From Desulfatiglandales bacterium (lineage in GTDB: Bacteria > Desulfobacterota > DSM-4660 > Desulfatiglandales > Desulfatiglandaceae), in assembly GCA_963662465.1 (NCBI GenBank), contig OY759599.1, positions 7,040,001 through 7,104,000 on the forward strand: a stretch of DNA of 64,000 nt. Reading direction: 5' to 3'. Positions within the stretch are counted from its first letter, which is position 1, and each line of letters starts with the position of its first letter. Below are positions 1-11,275 of the stretch, piece by piece. The position numbers and the translations under genes are program-made. The notes below the pieces were generated by a model that was given only the letters and a program-made list of their open reading frames with translations, had not been told where the DNA came from and did not search any database.

Positions 1-123
1 AGCGGGAGACTTCCCTGTGAGTGAAAAGGTTGCTTCACAGTGCTTGAGTTTACCGATGCATCCATATGCTTTTGCAGAGAAAGAATAAAACGTTATGATT
101 CGGATACAAAATAGTGGGAGACG

Positions 124-438
124 TTGATGGATAATAAGAAGAAAAAAGCATTAGAATCCAAGGGGTATAGGGTCGGTTCTGCAGAAGATTTCCTGGGCCT
201 GAGCAGGGAAGAATCCCAATACATCGAACTCAAGTTGGGACTTAGCAAGGCGCTCGCCGAGTTGCGCAGACAGAGCAATTTAACCCAACTTCAGGTGGCC
301 AAAATTTTGAAATCAAGCCAATCAAGGATCGCCAAACTGGAAAGTGGGGACCCAAGCGTATCTCTGGACCTTCTTATCAAATCCCTACTTGCCATGGGTG
401 CTACAAAAAATGGTATTGCAAAAGCAATCAATGTATAG
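124..438 (+). CDS. XRE-family HTH protein (HigA-like antitoxin, no toxin partner seen in window)
   Basis: LTQLQVAKILKSSQSRIAKLESG helix-turn-helix; GGGAG RBS upstream. Confidence 0.75.
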   Translation: MMDNKKKKALESKGYRVGSAEDFLGLSREESQYIELKLGLSKALAELRRQSNLTQLQVAKILKSSQSRIAKLESGDPSVSLDLLIKSLLAMGATKNGIAKAINV

Positions 439-1778
439 AACCCAAGGTACGGTGGTGATCCTCTGGGCAACAAAGCGGGTATTAAAATAACGGTGAAGAA
501 TGTTCGTGCCAGTAGAGAGGTTGCTATTGCCGTTTGAGATATCCCCATCCTATCACCCTTTGAAGAATCAACAGAAACTCGCTTTGCGTCTTTAGTGCCT
601 GTGACTCAGCCATAAGATCAGAAGGTGACAACGTTATAAAAGAAACGCATGAATGCATGGGCGTCCCCCTACCCCTGAAAAGACAGGGATGAGGGATGAA
701 AGCTGAAAGCTGAAATTAGGGATGAAGGATGAAAAGATAGGAATAAAAAATGACGCCTGAAATCCACCACCTAGGAGCAAAAGACTGCGTAACCGGTTCA
801 TGCCACCTGATGCAGACAGCATCCGGCGTGAACATCCTCGTGGACTGCGGCAAGGCATATGGTCGTGACCCAGAACTCCCCTTCAACCAGTTTCCTGTTC
901 AACCCGGCGAGATCGACTACCTGTTTCTGACCCACGCCCACATCGATCACATCGGCAGGACGCCAGACCTGATCGATGCCGGATTCCAGGGCGAGATCAT
1001 CTGCACTCACGCCACCAAAGCCCTGTTGATTCCCATGCTCCATGATGCCATGTCGTTTTCAGATAGAACCGGCAAAGAAATCCACCGCATGGAAGGTCTT
1101 ATTGATGAACTGTCATGGGGATTTGAACTTCATGAAACGTTTTCCCTTAAACAGGGGATCACATTCAAGCTGGGCAATGCCGGCCACATCCTGGGATCAT
1201 GTTTTATCCGCTTTGAAGTCCCCAATGACACTTCCATAACCCAAAACCCAAAACTCAAAACCAAAAACCGCTGTTCCATCGTTTTCTCAGGAGACCTTGG
1301 ATGCACAAACACCCCCATCCTGCCGGACCCTGACCCGCCCGATGCCTGTGATCTTCTGGTGATGGAATCCACTTATGGAGATAGAAACCATACCGGCCGA
1401 GAAGACCGGGTTCACGCTTTGGAAAGATTGCTTCATAAAGCCCTTGAGGACAAAGGGATTGTTTATATTCCCGCGTTTTCCCTTGGGAGAACCCAGGAGC
1501 TGCTTTATGAGCTGGACCGGATCGGAACAAAGGTTCCGGTGTTTGTGGATTCTCCCCTTGGCCTTAAAATTACAAAAATTTATTCAAATCTTGAAGCGTT
1601 TTGGGATAAAGAAGCAAAGGCTCTCAAGGCAAAGGGCGACCATCCCATTGATTTTAAAAATCTTTATGCCGTGGAGAGATACCGGGATCATCAAAAGCTG
1701 CTGGATATCAAAGGCCCTGCCATCATCATAGCGGGTAGCGGCATGTGTACGGGCGGGCGTATTGTGGATCATCTGGAA

Positions 1779-3784
1779 CGCATAAGTCTAAATGTTGTGG
1801 GGTTTACTCTAACATATTGAAATTATTTCATCTGTTAAACGGTTCAGAATCAATATCCTAATCAAAGCGCATTTCGTGAGGCCAAACATTTTTTCCTGAA
1901 TTCGCCTTAGCGGAAAAAAGTTAGGGACTTTTTTTGATAAGTGTGCATAATCATAGTGCAACAGTCTATGTTAAATTAGAGAGGTTGCACATGATTAATA
2001 ATATTAAGAGAGCTTTGACAATGTTGGACAAAGCTCAAAACAGACTTGCAAGACAATGTTATTACGATCCAAAACAGTATCCTGAGATTTTCTTTGAAAT
2101 TGAGAAATGCATTAATGCCATCAGATCATGGATCAATGAAAGGGAGATGTTTCAATCATTGCAATATTTTTATGTAACATTGTCTGCTCTTATTGATGAA
2201 TTTGGTAGGTTAATAAGTCAATTATGGGATATTTGTAAGCCAATAAAAGGGAAAAAAAGCATTCCAAAAACACAACGGGATCGACAGAAAATTAGAATCT
2301 TTTATTCAATTCGTTCAATGATAAGTAATATTACTAAAAAATTGAATAATGTAAAAAGTCGTGATAGTACAATCAGTATTGCATTTGAGATAGGGATGTT
2401 AAAATCTTTTGATAAATCCATAATCGAAAATGTAAAAAAGAAAATGGAAGACCTTGTTTCTAAACGAGGAAATCAAACATATATCTTTCCTTATAATAAC
2501 ACCGAAAGCTATCATGCTCTCGTAAAAGATAGTAAGAAGTTTCGCATTGAAGTATTAGATAAACTCGATAAATATGATCACCACACAGGCCATAATTCAA
2601 CATGTTCTGGACCTAAAGAATATATTTTATCTGGTTTCCGCGGGAATCCTCGAAAAACAATAATGAATGGAGGAGAACAACAGACATTCCCAATCCGCAT
2701 GATACAATGCCGGAAGTGCAAACAAAAGTTCTCTCTTGTTCCCAGCTTTCTCCCAAGGGAAAAGAATTTTGGTATAGAGATTATTGGGCACGTATTTCGG
2801 AATATGTACCGTTTTAATGCGAGCATTCAAGGAGCCATCGAAAGCCTTAAAATTATTGGCAAAAAAAGTGTCAAAAGCAAACAGACCATCTTGAACTGGA
2901 ATCGATGGGCAGGAACACTTCATCCTGCAACAATACTAACAAGAGCAGGAGTGAAAGGCTCAGGATATCTACAGGAAGATGAGGGCTTTGAAAAAGAACC
3001 AAATTTAAGAACTTATTCTGTAGTTATGGTCGATCCTGAAAATTTATTAGTATGGCACTCCGATTATGTTGATCATGTTGATGAAGAAAACCTGTGCGGT
3101 TCATTTGAGGATTTTTTGCAAAAAATCGACTTCAAAATCCTTGGTGTAACAAAAGATAAGTGGAAAGCCTCAACCAATGCTATCAAGACCGTATTCCATA
3201 ACATTTGGGTCGGATATTGCCATCGTCATTGTTTGAAAAACTTCTACGATGCACTATCAAAATATCAAAAAGAATCAAAATGTACCGACCAAGAAGTGGA
3301 CAAGCTTTATAAAAAATTTAAGAAAGTTTTGAAAACATCCACATCTAAAGTTAACTTGGAAGTAAAGATTAAGGCATTAGATGACGATGCATTTTCTCAT
3401 CCATTACTAAAAAAGAGGGTAGTAGAATTAAAAGAAAATGCCACTCATTATACCTCTCATAAAAATAGAAATGGGATAAAACAAACAACCTCCATTGTTG
3501 ACAATTATTTAAAAGGAATCAAACGTAAACTAAAACAAATTGAGAGTTTTCGAGATAAGAAATGGGCAAGTCTTTTCTTTCGAGCACATGCGACTATCAG
3601 GAATTTTGTCCCATTTTTACCTGGCGCAAAAAATGCTCATAAAAGTCCCTTTGAATTAGCCAACGGCCAAACATTTGACTTACCTTGGATTCAAGTTATG
3701 AATGTTCATAATGCATTCTTGTTTACCGAAAACGCCTTTTAATTTTGATGGGTTATACAACCCCACAACATTTAGACTTATGCG
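1779..3784 (+). mobile_element. IS 'A' copy 1 (2006 bp)
   Basis: 26-bp perfect IR CGCATAAGTCTAAATGTTGTGGGGTT; 8-bp TSD ATCTGGAA at 1771-1778 and 3785-3792. Confidence 0.95.
1934..3742 (+). CDS. putative DDE transposase of IS 'A' (family unclear)
   Basis: Only long ORF between the IRs; CxxC plus acidic motifs; three near-identical copies in window. Confidence 0.85.
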   Translation: MISVHNHSATVYVKLERLHMINNIKRALTMLDKAQNRLARQCYYDPKQYPEIFFEIEKCINAIRSWINEREMFQSLQYFYVTLSALIDEFGRLISQLWDICKPIKGKKSIPKTQRDRQKIRIFYSIRSMISNITKKLNNVKSRDSTISIAFEIGMLKSFDKSIIENVKKKMEDLVSKRGNQTYIFPYNNTESYHALVKDSKKFRIEVLDKLDKYDHHTGHNSTCSGPKEYILSGFRGNPRKTIMNGGEQQTFPIRMIQCRKCKQKFSLVPSFLPREKNFGIEIIGHVFRNMYRFNASIQGAIESLKIIGKKSVKSKQTILNWNRWAGTLHPATILTRAGVKGSGYLQEDEGFEKEPNLRTYSVVMVDPENLLVWHSDYVDHVDEENLCGSFEDFLQKIDFKILGVTKDKWKASTNAIKTVFHNIWVGYCHRHCLKNFYDALSKYQKESKCTDQEVDKLYKKFKKVLKTSTSKVNLEVKIKALDDDAFSHPLLKKRVVELKENATHYTSHKNRNGIKQTTSIVDNYLKGIKRKLKQIESFRDKKWASLFFRAHATIRNFVPFLPGAKNAHKSPFELANGQTFDLPWIQVMNVHNAFLFTENAF

Positions 3785-4334
3785 ATCTGGAACATGGTCT
3801 TCAAGATTCAGCAAATGACATCTTTTTCGTGGGATACCAGGCAAAGGGAACACCCGGCAGGCGGATCATTGAAAAGAAAGTCCCCGTTAAAGCAGGCATC
3901 CATACCCTCACGGGCTATTCAGCCCATGCGGATCAGAGCATGCTGGTTAGCTGGGTAAAATCCATGCCTGAACCTCCGGGAGAGATAAGGCTGGTGCATG
4001 GGGAAGATCGTGCCCGGCATGCCCTTTCGGAAGCGCTCTATCCCCTAAAAACGACAATAAACCAAGCCTGACCTTATGTTGCGAGTTTCCCTAACTGCCT
4101 AAAGATATTGACATTTCGATATCTTGTTCAGGAACTGATGAAGTCCTTGCAATATTAGCATGTTAACCCATTTAATAGCTTTTCCGAAAAGTATTTCGCA
4201 ACATAATAATAGACGAAAAACGTTGATGTTCATATCGGGAGATTCGTTTTTGGATCATCAAACAGCGATCCATATTCGATCTGTCCGCAGCGAGCATTAC
4301 TGCGCATTCATTCTCAATAGATCGACTGTAGTGC

Positions 4335-5354
4335 CTACAGGGTGTCCAGCCAAGCCAGAGTTTTTCCCTTGGCTTCCCAGTCGATCAGGGTTTCTACCTT
4401 ATTATCAAAAGCGATCCTTGAAGCCGTAAATTCCATGAAGGTTTTCTGCAGATCTGCTTTAGCATTCAGGTCCAACCTTAAATAGCCCATGGTTGTTTGA
4501 AGATTTTCATGTCCAAGTCGGTTTTTAATCTCAGTGATGTCTTTTCCCTGCAATAGCATGTTTACTGCACAGGAATGCCGGAAGCTGTGGGCGGGGCTCA
4601 GTGTTTTGAGCCGTTTTTCCGACAATGCCATAGTGAGATACTTTTTGCATATTCGGTGAATGCCGTTGCGTGTCAATGCTTGTGCACGCTGATTGATGAA
4701 TAGGCAGTTCCGGTAAATGGGTCTGGGTGTCAGACGATACCGCTCAATGTAAAGGGTTATCAACTCCACGGTCTTTGGAAGAAGTCTGATTTGGCGATAG
4801 CGGTTTCCTTTGCCGAGAATAGCAAGGGTGCTGTTTTGCGAATCAAAATAGTCGAGCTTCAACCCCGCGATTTCACCTGCCCTGGACCCTGAGTCATAGA
4901 GAAGATGAAGAATGGCGTAATCTCTCACGCCCCCCGGTTTTTCCAGGTCAACCCCTTGAAAGACTTTGAGGATTTCATCCGGGGTAAGATATCCAATGAG
5001 CTTTTTTTGAGCGCGTTTCTGTGGAATGTTGCGTATGACCTGTGCGATACCTTTATGTTCAGGGTATATGAGCATGATCATTTTGGCAAAGGACTTAATG
5101 GCGGCCAGGCGCTGATTACGCGTTCTGGGGCAGTTGAGCCTTCGATCCTCGATGTGGTTCAGAAATGAAACAATCGTGTCAAATGAAAAATGTTCCATCT
5201 CAAGATGCCGGACTGAGACATGATGGTATCCGGCCGCGAAAGGAAGAAGCAAGGTAAACGCATCCCGATAGGAAGAGATGGTCTGCTGACTGACCCCTTT
5301 GAGACGGGGTAGATAATGATCAAAAAACTGGTGTATGGCGTCTGAGATCTTCAT
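4335..5354 (-). CDS. tyrosine recombinase (third gene of outer RIT)
   Basis: RDYAILHLLYDSGSR, HSFRH and LGHENLQTTMGY catalytic motifs. Confidence 0.92.
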   Translation of the reverse strand: MKISDAIHQFFDHYLPRLKGVSQQTISSYRDAFTLLLPFAAGYHHVSVRHLEMEHFSFDTIVSFLNHIEDRRLNCPRTRNQRLAAIKSFAKMIMLIYPEHKGIAQVIRNIPQKRAQKKLIGYLTPDEILKVFQGVDLEKPGGVRDYAILHLLYDSGSRAGEIAGLKLDYFDSQNSTLAILGKGNRYRQIRLLPKTVELITLYIERYRLTPRPIYRNCLFINQRAQALTRNGIHRICKKYLTMALSEKRLKTLSPAHSFRHSCAVNMLLQGKDITEIKNRLGHENLQTTMGYLRLDLNAKADLQKTFMEFTASRIAFDNKVETLIDWEAKGKTLAWLDTL

Positions 5355-5709
5355 ATGTCCTGAAGCTCCTTCATGTTGAAGTCGAGGAGTTGCCGGCGCT
5401 GATCGGCATCGGTGAACTTGAGATAGACGGCTGTGTAGCGATATTTTCGGTGACCCATATAAGCGGAAAGGATGGGCAAAGCAGACTGGGGATCCTCACC
5501 CCGGTCACAAATACTCTGGAGCGTGTTGACCGCGAAGGAATGCCGTAAGAAATCCAAACGTTTGGATTTGCTGCGTTATCCAAACCTAAATAAAATCCAA
5601 ACCTTTTCTTAAATAACCTGATATTTAAGTATTTTTATCGGAAAAGGTTTGGATTTTATTGCATAACGTATGACCTTTTTATCAAACAAATGAACAGGAG
5701 GTCATACGA

Positions 5710-6948
5710 ATGAATGTACAAAATCTGCGGGATAATTATCCCAAACTCATTTCCTACATGGAAACCAACGGTTACTCAAAAACTTACGTTGACAGTTTTA
5801 AAAGGGAGATTAAAAAAACTCTGGCGTCTGAGGATTCAGAGGAATGGTCATGTTATAAAGATGTATATTTGGGATACACCAAAAAATCATATTCTCCTAA
5901 CACTCTTCGCGATAAACGGACTGTCATTGGAGCCATTGAGCAGTTTGATGTTCATGACAGATACCCGAATGGAAGGTGCAGGCATCAACTCTTCGAAAGG
6001 GGTTCTTATCCCTTGTTGTCACCGGAATTCAAATCCGTCATCGATCTTTACCATGAAGTTGAAAAGAAACGTGGCAAGAAAAAATCTGCTACCGTTTATA
6101 CCGAATCCCATAATGCATCCACATTTTTCTTATCCCTTCAGCAAAAAGGAATTAACGGCCTGGGAAAGACTACAGAAGAAGCCGTGCTTTCAATATTTAT
6201 GTCCCCGGATGAAACCCTGCTCAAGAGCTGTTCTTACAAAAAAAACATTGCTGCGGTATTGAAGGCGTGTATCCCTTATCATCCAGAAACATGTCCTCAA
6301 ATTTTAGCCTTCCTTCCCGCTTTAAGGGAAACTCGAAAAAATATTCAGTACCTTACATCGAAGGAAATCCAGAAAGTTAAGGGCGTACTGGCTGATGGTG
6401 AAAATCTTCTTACGCTCCGTGACAAAGCAATTGGAATGCTTGCACTTTACACAGGCGTGCGTGGCTGTGATATTGCAGGATTGAAACTTGACGATATTGA
6501 CTGGAACAGGGATTTTATTGATATCAAACAGCAGAAAACAGCAATCCCTCTTGAACTTCCTTTAACAGCAGTTGTCGGAAATGCCATTTATGACTATCTG
6601 ACGTCAGAGCGCCCACGCACAGAAAGCAGATATATTTTTGTTTCCCAGCTTAAACCATATGAACAACTGAAAAACAAAAGCATTGGCAACGTGGCAGCTC
6701 TGATCATGAAAGCAGCAGGTATCCGGCAGTTAAAAGGCGATCGGAAAGGATTTCATATCTTCCGCCATCACTTTGCCACAGAACTTTTGGGGAACGGAGT
6801 TCCTCAGCCTGTTATCAGCAGGACACTTGGTCACACTTCACCAGATTCTCTTGAATCATACCTAAGAGCAGATTTCCCGCATTTGAAGGAATGTGCCATC
6901 AGCATAGAAGGTGTTCCTGTACCAAAGGAGGTGTTTTACCATGAATAA
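5710..6948 (+). CDS. tyrosine recombinase (first gene of inner RIT)
   Basis: RDKAIGMLALYTGVR, HIFRH, LGHTSPDSLESY. Confidence 0.92.
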   Translation: MNVQNLRDNYPKLISYMETNGYSKTYVDSFKREIKKTLASEDSEEWSCYKDVYLGYTKKSYSPNTLRDKRTVIGAIEQFDVHDRYPNGRCRHQLFERGSYPLLSPEFKSVIDLYHEVEKKRGKKKSATVYTESHNASTFFLSLQQKGINGLGKTTEEAVLSIFMSPDETLLKSCSYKKNIAAVLKACIPYHPETCPQILAFLPALRETRKNIQYLTSKEIQKVKGVLADGENLLTLRDKAIGMLALYTGVRGCDIAGLKLDDIDWNRDFIDIKQQKTAIPLELPLTAVVGNAIYDYLTSERPRTESRYIFVSQLKPYEQLKNKSIGNVAALIMKAAGIRQLKGDRKGFHIFRHHFATELLGNGVPQPVISRTLGHTSPDSLESYLRADFPHLKECAISIEGVPVPKEVFYHE

Positions 6949-7255
6949 ATTCACTTCTTTTCTTGCGCCGCTCATGCAGGCATATGTTTTCTATCAAAAA
7001 GCATCCGGACGTTGGAGTGAAGCTTCTTCTTATGGACCAAACCTCATCCTGTTTGACCGATACTGCAAGAAGCAACATCCGGAAGCTGCACTTCTATCTC
7101 AGGAAATGGTGAATGGATGGTGCCATCAGCGCGACACAGAATCCAACAATTCGTGCAGATCAAGAATCAATGTTGTTGTAAGTTTTATACGATACTTGAG
7201 AAAGCGCGGAAAAACAGATGTCATGGAGCCTGAAATTCCAAGGAAAGAGCGATGC

Positions 7256-9580
7256 CAGACCTCGTTAAGCCCCGGGCGGTTTTGCGGTGGTCCAATCGTG
7301 TTTTCAAGCAGTTAGAGTGTCTCTAATTGAGAATTGGACAGTCGAAGTTGCAAGATATTAATATAATTTTTGAAATTTTTTAATTTGTAAAAATTAATTG
7401 ACACTTCCGGAAGGATGGAATACTCTCGTTTCTGCAAACAATGAAGCGAGGCAATCATGACCCAGGGATTATTGTTCGATGATGTATCGAACGAAGATAA
7501 AGCGCTTAAATTCATCGGCCAGCGGCTCTATCTGAAATTTAAAGACGACATCGAAACGCACGTCAGCCTTTACCATAATGACGTCTTGGTAAAGACTGCT
7601 GACCTTTCTGACAAGGTGGCCAAAAGATTTTTTGTCGTCGAAGCCGCCGAGCTTGGCGCTACCAAAACCCATCTTGCAGAAGCGCTTAACATCAGCCGCC
7701 AGACCATCCATAACTACCAGGAAATAAAGAAACATTTCGGTCTTGAAGGCCTTATCCGCAACTATACGCCTTCAAAAGGTGCGACCTTGCGCCAGAACCG
7801 TGAAGCCCATGCCGATGAAGCTCTTAAAGGGAACAAGGCCAGGCAACTGGAGCAGATACGAAAAGGGGAGAGAGAGCGGCTGGATACACAAGTTGAACTC
7901 CCTTTCGGCGACCGCACTCTTGACCCGGAAGATCAACCCTTCAGCGAGAAACATGGCTGGGAAGCAACGCGCTATGCGGGCGTTTTTACTTACCTGATTA
8001 CTTTGATCCACCTCAATAACTGGGCGCGGATGACATCCTCCTTCTTGGGAAATAAATATAAGTTATTGTTTACTTTTGTCTTGATGATTGCAAAGAATAC
8101 CCGCTCCATCGAGCAACTGAAAAATCTTCACGGACGCGAAGCAGGTCTCATCCTTGGCATCCGGAATTTGCCAAGCAAAACAAAGGCGCGCGTATGGCTT
8201 TATGCTGCCTGCAAGTTGGATACAGCACGCCAGATGCTGTCTCATTTTACCCTCCAGCAAATTCGTTCCGGACTCGTCGGCACATGGCTGTGGTTTGTAG
8301 ACGGTCATTTGTTGCCTTATACCGGGAAAAACAAAGTACATAAAGCCTTCAATACGCAGCGGAGGATGATGGTTCCGGGTCGCAACAACATCGTTGCTTG
8401 CGATTCAAGCGGCAGGGTCATTGATTTTGAGATTCAGGAGGGAAAAGGCGATATCCGTAATTATCTTATTAAGTTAGGGATTAAATGGAAGGCAGAAGTC
8501 ACTCCAGGACCGGTGATGGTATTTGACCGGGAAGGGCAAGGGGGCAATTTTTTTTATGAAATGAATCTGGCAGGAGTCGGTTTTGTAACTTGGGAAAAGA
8601 ATGTTGACATCAATAAGCTCAAGGCGTTGGACGAAGAGTTGTTCACAGAAGAATTCAGTTTAAATGGCAAGTCATATCGGATATTTGAAGGGGAAAAGGT
8701 ATTCACCTGCGACGTAGATGAAAAGAAAACTGAAACTCTAACGATTAGGCGCATTTATCTATGGAATGTTTCCAGTAACCGCCGGACCTGCGCTCTGTCG
8801 AATGTTCCATCGGACAGAATGGGCACAGAGCAATGCGCAATGGCGATCCTCAACCGTTGGGGAGCCTCTGAAAACACCTTTAAGCATATAGGAGACAAAC
8901 ATCCCCTTAACTACCAACCGGGATATTCGTTTACTGAAAGTCAGAATCAGGAAATCGCCAATCCTGAACTCAAAGAGATCAAGACGAAGGCTTCCGGAAT
9001 TAAGGCAAAGCTTGTAGGACTGTATAAAAAGCTGTCAAAAAGCAACGAAGTCCTCAATAAAGATGGCAGTACTCGGAAAAACAGTGTCCGCCAAAATGTC
9101 CTTTCGCAGATCAAAGAAAAGGAGTCTGAGGTTGAAATCTTGAAGGGGAAAGTAAAACAACTCCCTGAAAGAGTGGATGTTTCATGGCTGGAGGATTACA
9201 CTTGTTTTCAGCGTATTTGTGATGAAAGCAAGTATTTATTTGACCTTGTGACCGCAAGCGTGTGGAATGCTCGCAAGCAAATGGTAGAGTGGCTTCTGCC
9301 GCTTTACGAAAACAAGAATGAGTATGTTGATCTATTCTATGCCATTACCAATTGCCATGGCTGGATAAGGAGCGACAATAAGAAAGTGACAGTACGTCTT
9401 GAGCCCCTCCAACAGCCCAGTCGTCTTGCCGCCCAAAAACAGTTTTGCCGGAAACTAAGTCAGTTGAGGGTAATCACCCCCCGCTGGAAAATTACTCCAG
9501 CTTGAAGTCGGAAATTCGCCCCTCAAATAGGCAAGTGTCCAAAAATCGGGGGGTAAAACCACCTCTCGTAACGAGGTCTG
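7256..9580 (+). mobile_element. IS 'B' copy 1 (2325 bp)
   Basis: 12-bp IR CAGACCTCGTTA; 5-bp TSD GATGC at 7251-7255 and 9581-9585. Confidence 0.95.
7457..9505 (+). CDS. putative DDE transposase of IS 'B'
   Basis: N-terminal HTH, FVDGH, VFDREG, RWGASENTFK; identical protein at 30727-32775. Confidence 0.85.
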   Translation: MTQGLLFDDVSNEDKALKFIGQRLYLKFKDDIETHVSLYHNDVLVKTADLSDKVAKRFFVVEAAELGATKTHLAEALNISRQTIHNYQEIKKHFGLEGLIRNYTPSKGATLRQNREAHADEALKGNKARQLEQIRKGERERLDTQVELPFGDRTLDPEDQPFSEKHGWEATRYAGVFTYLITLIHLNNWARMTSSFLGNKYKLLFTFVLMIAKNTRSIEQLKNLHGREAGLILGIRNLPSKTKARVWLYAACKLDTARQMLSHFTLQQIRSGLVGTWLWFVDGHLLPYTGKNKVHKAFNTQRRMMVPGRNNIVACDSSGRVIDFEIQEGKGDIRNYLIKLGIKWKAEVTPGPVMVFDREGQGGNFFYEMNLAGVGFVTWEKNVDINKLKALDEELFTEEFSLNGKSYRIFEGEKVFTCDVDEKKTETLTIRRIYLWNVSSNRRTCALSNVPSDRMGTEQCAMAILNRWGASENTFKHIGDKHPLNYQPGYSFTESQNQEIANPELKEIKTKASGIKAKLVGLYKKLSKSNEVLNKDGSTRKNSVRQNVLSQIKEKESEVEILKGKVKQLPERVDVSWLEDYTCFQRICDESKYLFDLVTASVWNARKQMVEWLLPLYENKNEYVDLFYAITNCHGWIRSDNKKVTVRLEPLQQPSRLAAQKQFCRKLSQLRVITPRWKITPA

Positions 9581-10225
9581 GATGCACATATATTCCCCAT
9601 TCTTTTACAGGTGTTGAGCTGGAAAATTTTTTCCATGCTTGTGATAGCCTGCCTTCAGTATCCCACACTCCCGAACAGCGATCACGGAAAATAACTATTC
9701 CTGTGTTCTTCCGTTTTCTTTACAGTAGTGGAATACGAACTTATGAGGCAAGAATGCTGAGGGTTAAGGACGTCGACTTGTGCAATGGGATTATGAATAT
9801 CCGTTATTCCAAGGGGAGTGCTCAGCACTACGTAGTGCTACATGACTCCATGAATAAACTTTTAAAAATATATGACGAAGCTATACGGAAGCAGTACCCT
9901 CACAGAACTTATTTTTTCCCTGCAAAAGGTAACACTTTCCATAAAAGGAAATGGGTACAGACAAATTTTCGGGAATTGTGGGATAAATATAATAGCTCTC
10001 ATGCTACTGCATATGAGCTCAGGCACCATTATGCCATAAAAAACATCAACCGCTGGACAGATGAAGGCTTTGGGTTTGATGCGAAACTGCTCTATCTCAG
10101 CAAAAGCATGGGACACAGCACACTGGAAAGCACAAAATATTATTATTCCCTTGTTCCCGGAATGGCTGACATCTTGGAAGAAAAAACAGGAATGGATTTC
10201 GAAAGCATTGTGCCGGAGGTGGATT

Positions 10226-11275
10226 ATGAAGAAAGCGACGAATGAGTCTGTTGTAATCGCACGCCATATCAATGCTTTTTTGAATGAATATGTTCCTTCC
10301 CAGAAAAGTCACAGCAGCCACACATTGAAATCCTATCAGTATGCTCTGGCTTTATATATCGGTTTTTTGGAGGCCAAAAAAGGAATAAGTACAGAAAGCT
10401 TGTGTGGTGGATGTTTCAGAAGAATAATAATCGAGGAATGGCTGCAATGGCTGATAGAAGTGCGTTGTTGCAGGCCGGAAACCTGTAACAACCGGTTAGC
10501 ATCCTTAAGAGCATTCCTAAAATACATGGCCAGTAGGGAAGTCCGCCTGCTGTACCTTTCCGAGGAGGCAACAAGAATTCCACGGAAAAAGGAAATACGC
10601 AAAAGAGTAAAAGGGATGAGCAAAAAAGCAGTACGGGTATTGTTATCGGTTCCGGATTTATCCAGAAAAACAGGGCGAAGGGATCTATCACTTATGATTG
10701 TCATATACAGCACTGCCGCCAGAATAGATGAAATACTGTCTTTAAAAACAGAACAACTTCATTTGGACGTGGAAAAGCCGAATATCACCATCATTGGAAA
10801 GGGAAGCAAAATAAGAACCCTGTATCTTCTACCTAAGGCTGTTGCACATTTAAAAAAATATCTGGGAGAATTTCATGGTGATACTCCAGATCCAGAAGCT
10901 TATGTTTTTTATTCAAGGAACACCGGATCACATGGGAAAATGAGTCAGACTGCAGTAAACAAGCAACTGAAAAAACATGCCAGAGCCGCCCATGAAATAT
11001 GTGATGAGGTACCACGAGATCTTCATGCGCATCAACTGAGACATGCAAAGGCCTCCCACTGGCTGGAAGATGGCATGAATATCGTACAAATTTCATTTCT
11101 TTTAGGGCATGAGCAGTTACAGACAACGATGATATATATGGACATTACCCTAGAGCAGGAATTGAAAGCCCTTGCAACACTTGAAGATGAAAACGACAAG
11201 AAGGTATCAAAGAAATGGAAAAATCAAAAAGATGGTCTGGCGGATTTCTGTGGCGTTAAGTCAATGAAGAAGTAA
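10226..11275 (+). CDS. tyrosine recombinase (third gene of inner RIT)
   Basis: YSTAAR, HQLRH, LGHEQLQTTMIY; ATG after GGAGG at 10226. Confidence 0.92.
   Translation: MKKATNESVVIARHINAFLNEYVPSQKSHSSHTLKSYQYALALYIGFLEAKKGISTESLCGGCFRRIIIEEWLQWLIEVRCCRPETCNNRLASLRAFLKYMASREVRLLYLSEEATRIPRKKEIRKRVKGMSKKAVRVLLSVPDLSRKTGRRDLSLMIVIYSTAARIDEILSLKTEQLHLDVEKPNITIIGKGSKIRTLYLLPKAVAHLKKYLGEFHGDTPDPEAYVFYSRNTGSHGKMSQTAVNKQLKKHARAAHEICDEVPRDLHAHQLRHAKASHWLEDGMNIVQISFLLGHEQLQTTMIYMDITLEQELKALATLEDENDKKVSKKWKNQKDGLADFCGVKSMKK

Larger units (their letters stand above)
750..4071 (+). pseudogene. MBL-fold/beta-CASP RNase-like hydrolase interrupted by IS
   Basis: THAHIDH, AGHILGS, SGDLG, MESTYG, GSGMCTGGR and YSAHAD motifs; frame rejoins (IVDHLE|HGLQD) when 1779-3784 and one ATCTGGAA copy are removed. 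Confidence 0.9.
6941..10245 (+). pseudogene. tyrosine recombinase (second gene of inner RIT) interrupted by IS 'B'
   Basis: EIPRKERC|TYIPHSF rejoins across the GATGC duplication; YSSGIR, YELRHHY, MGHS motifs. Confidence 0.9.
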
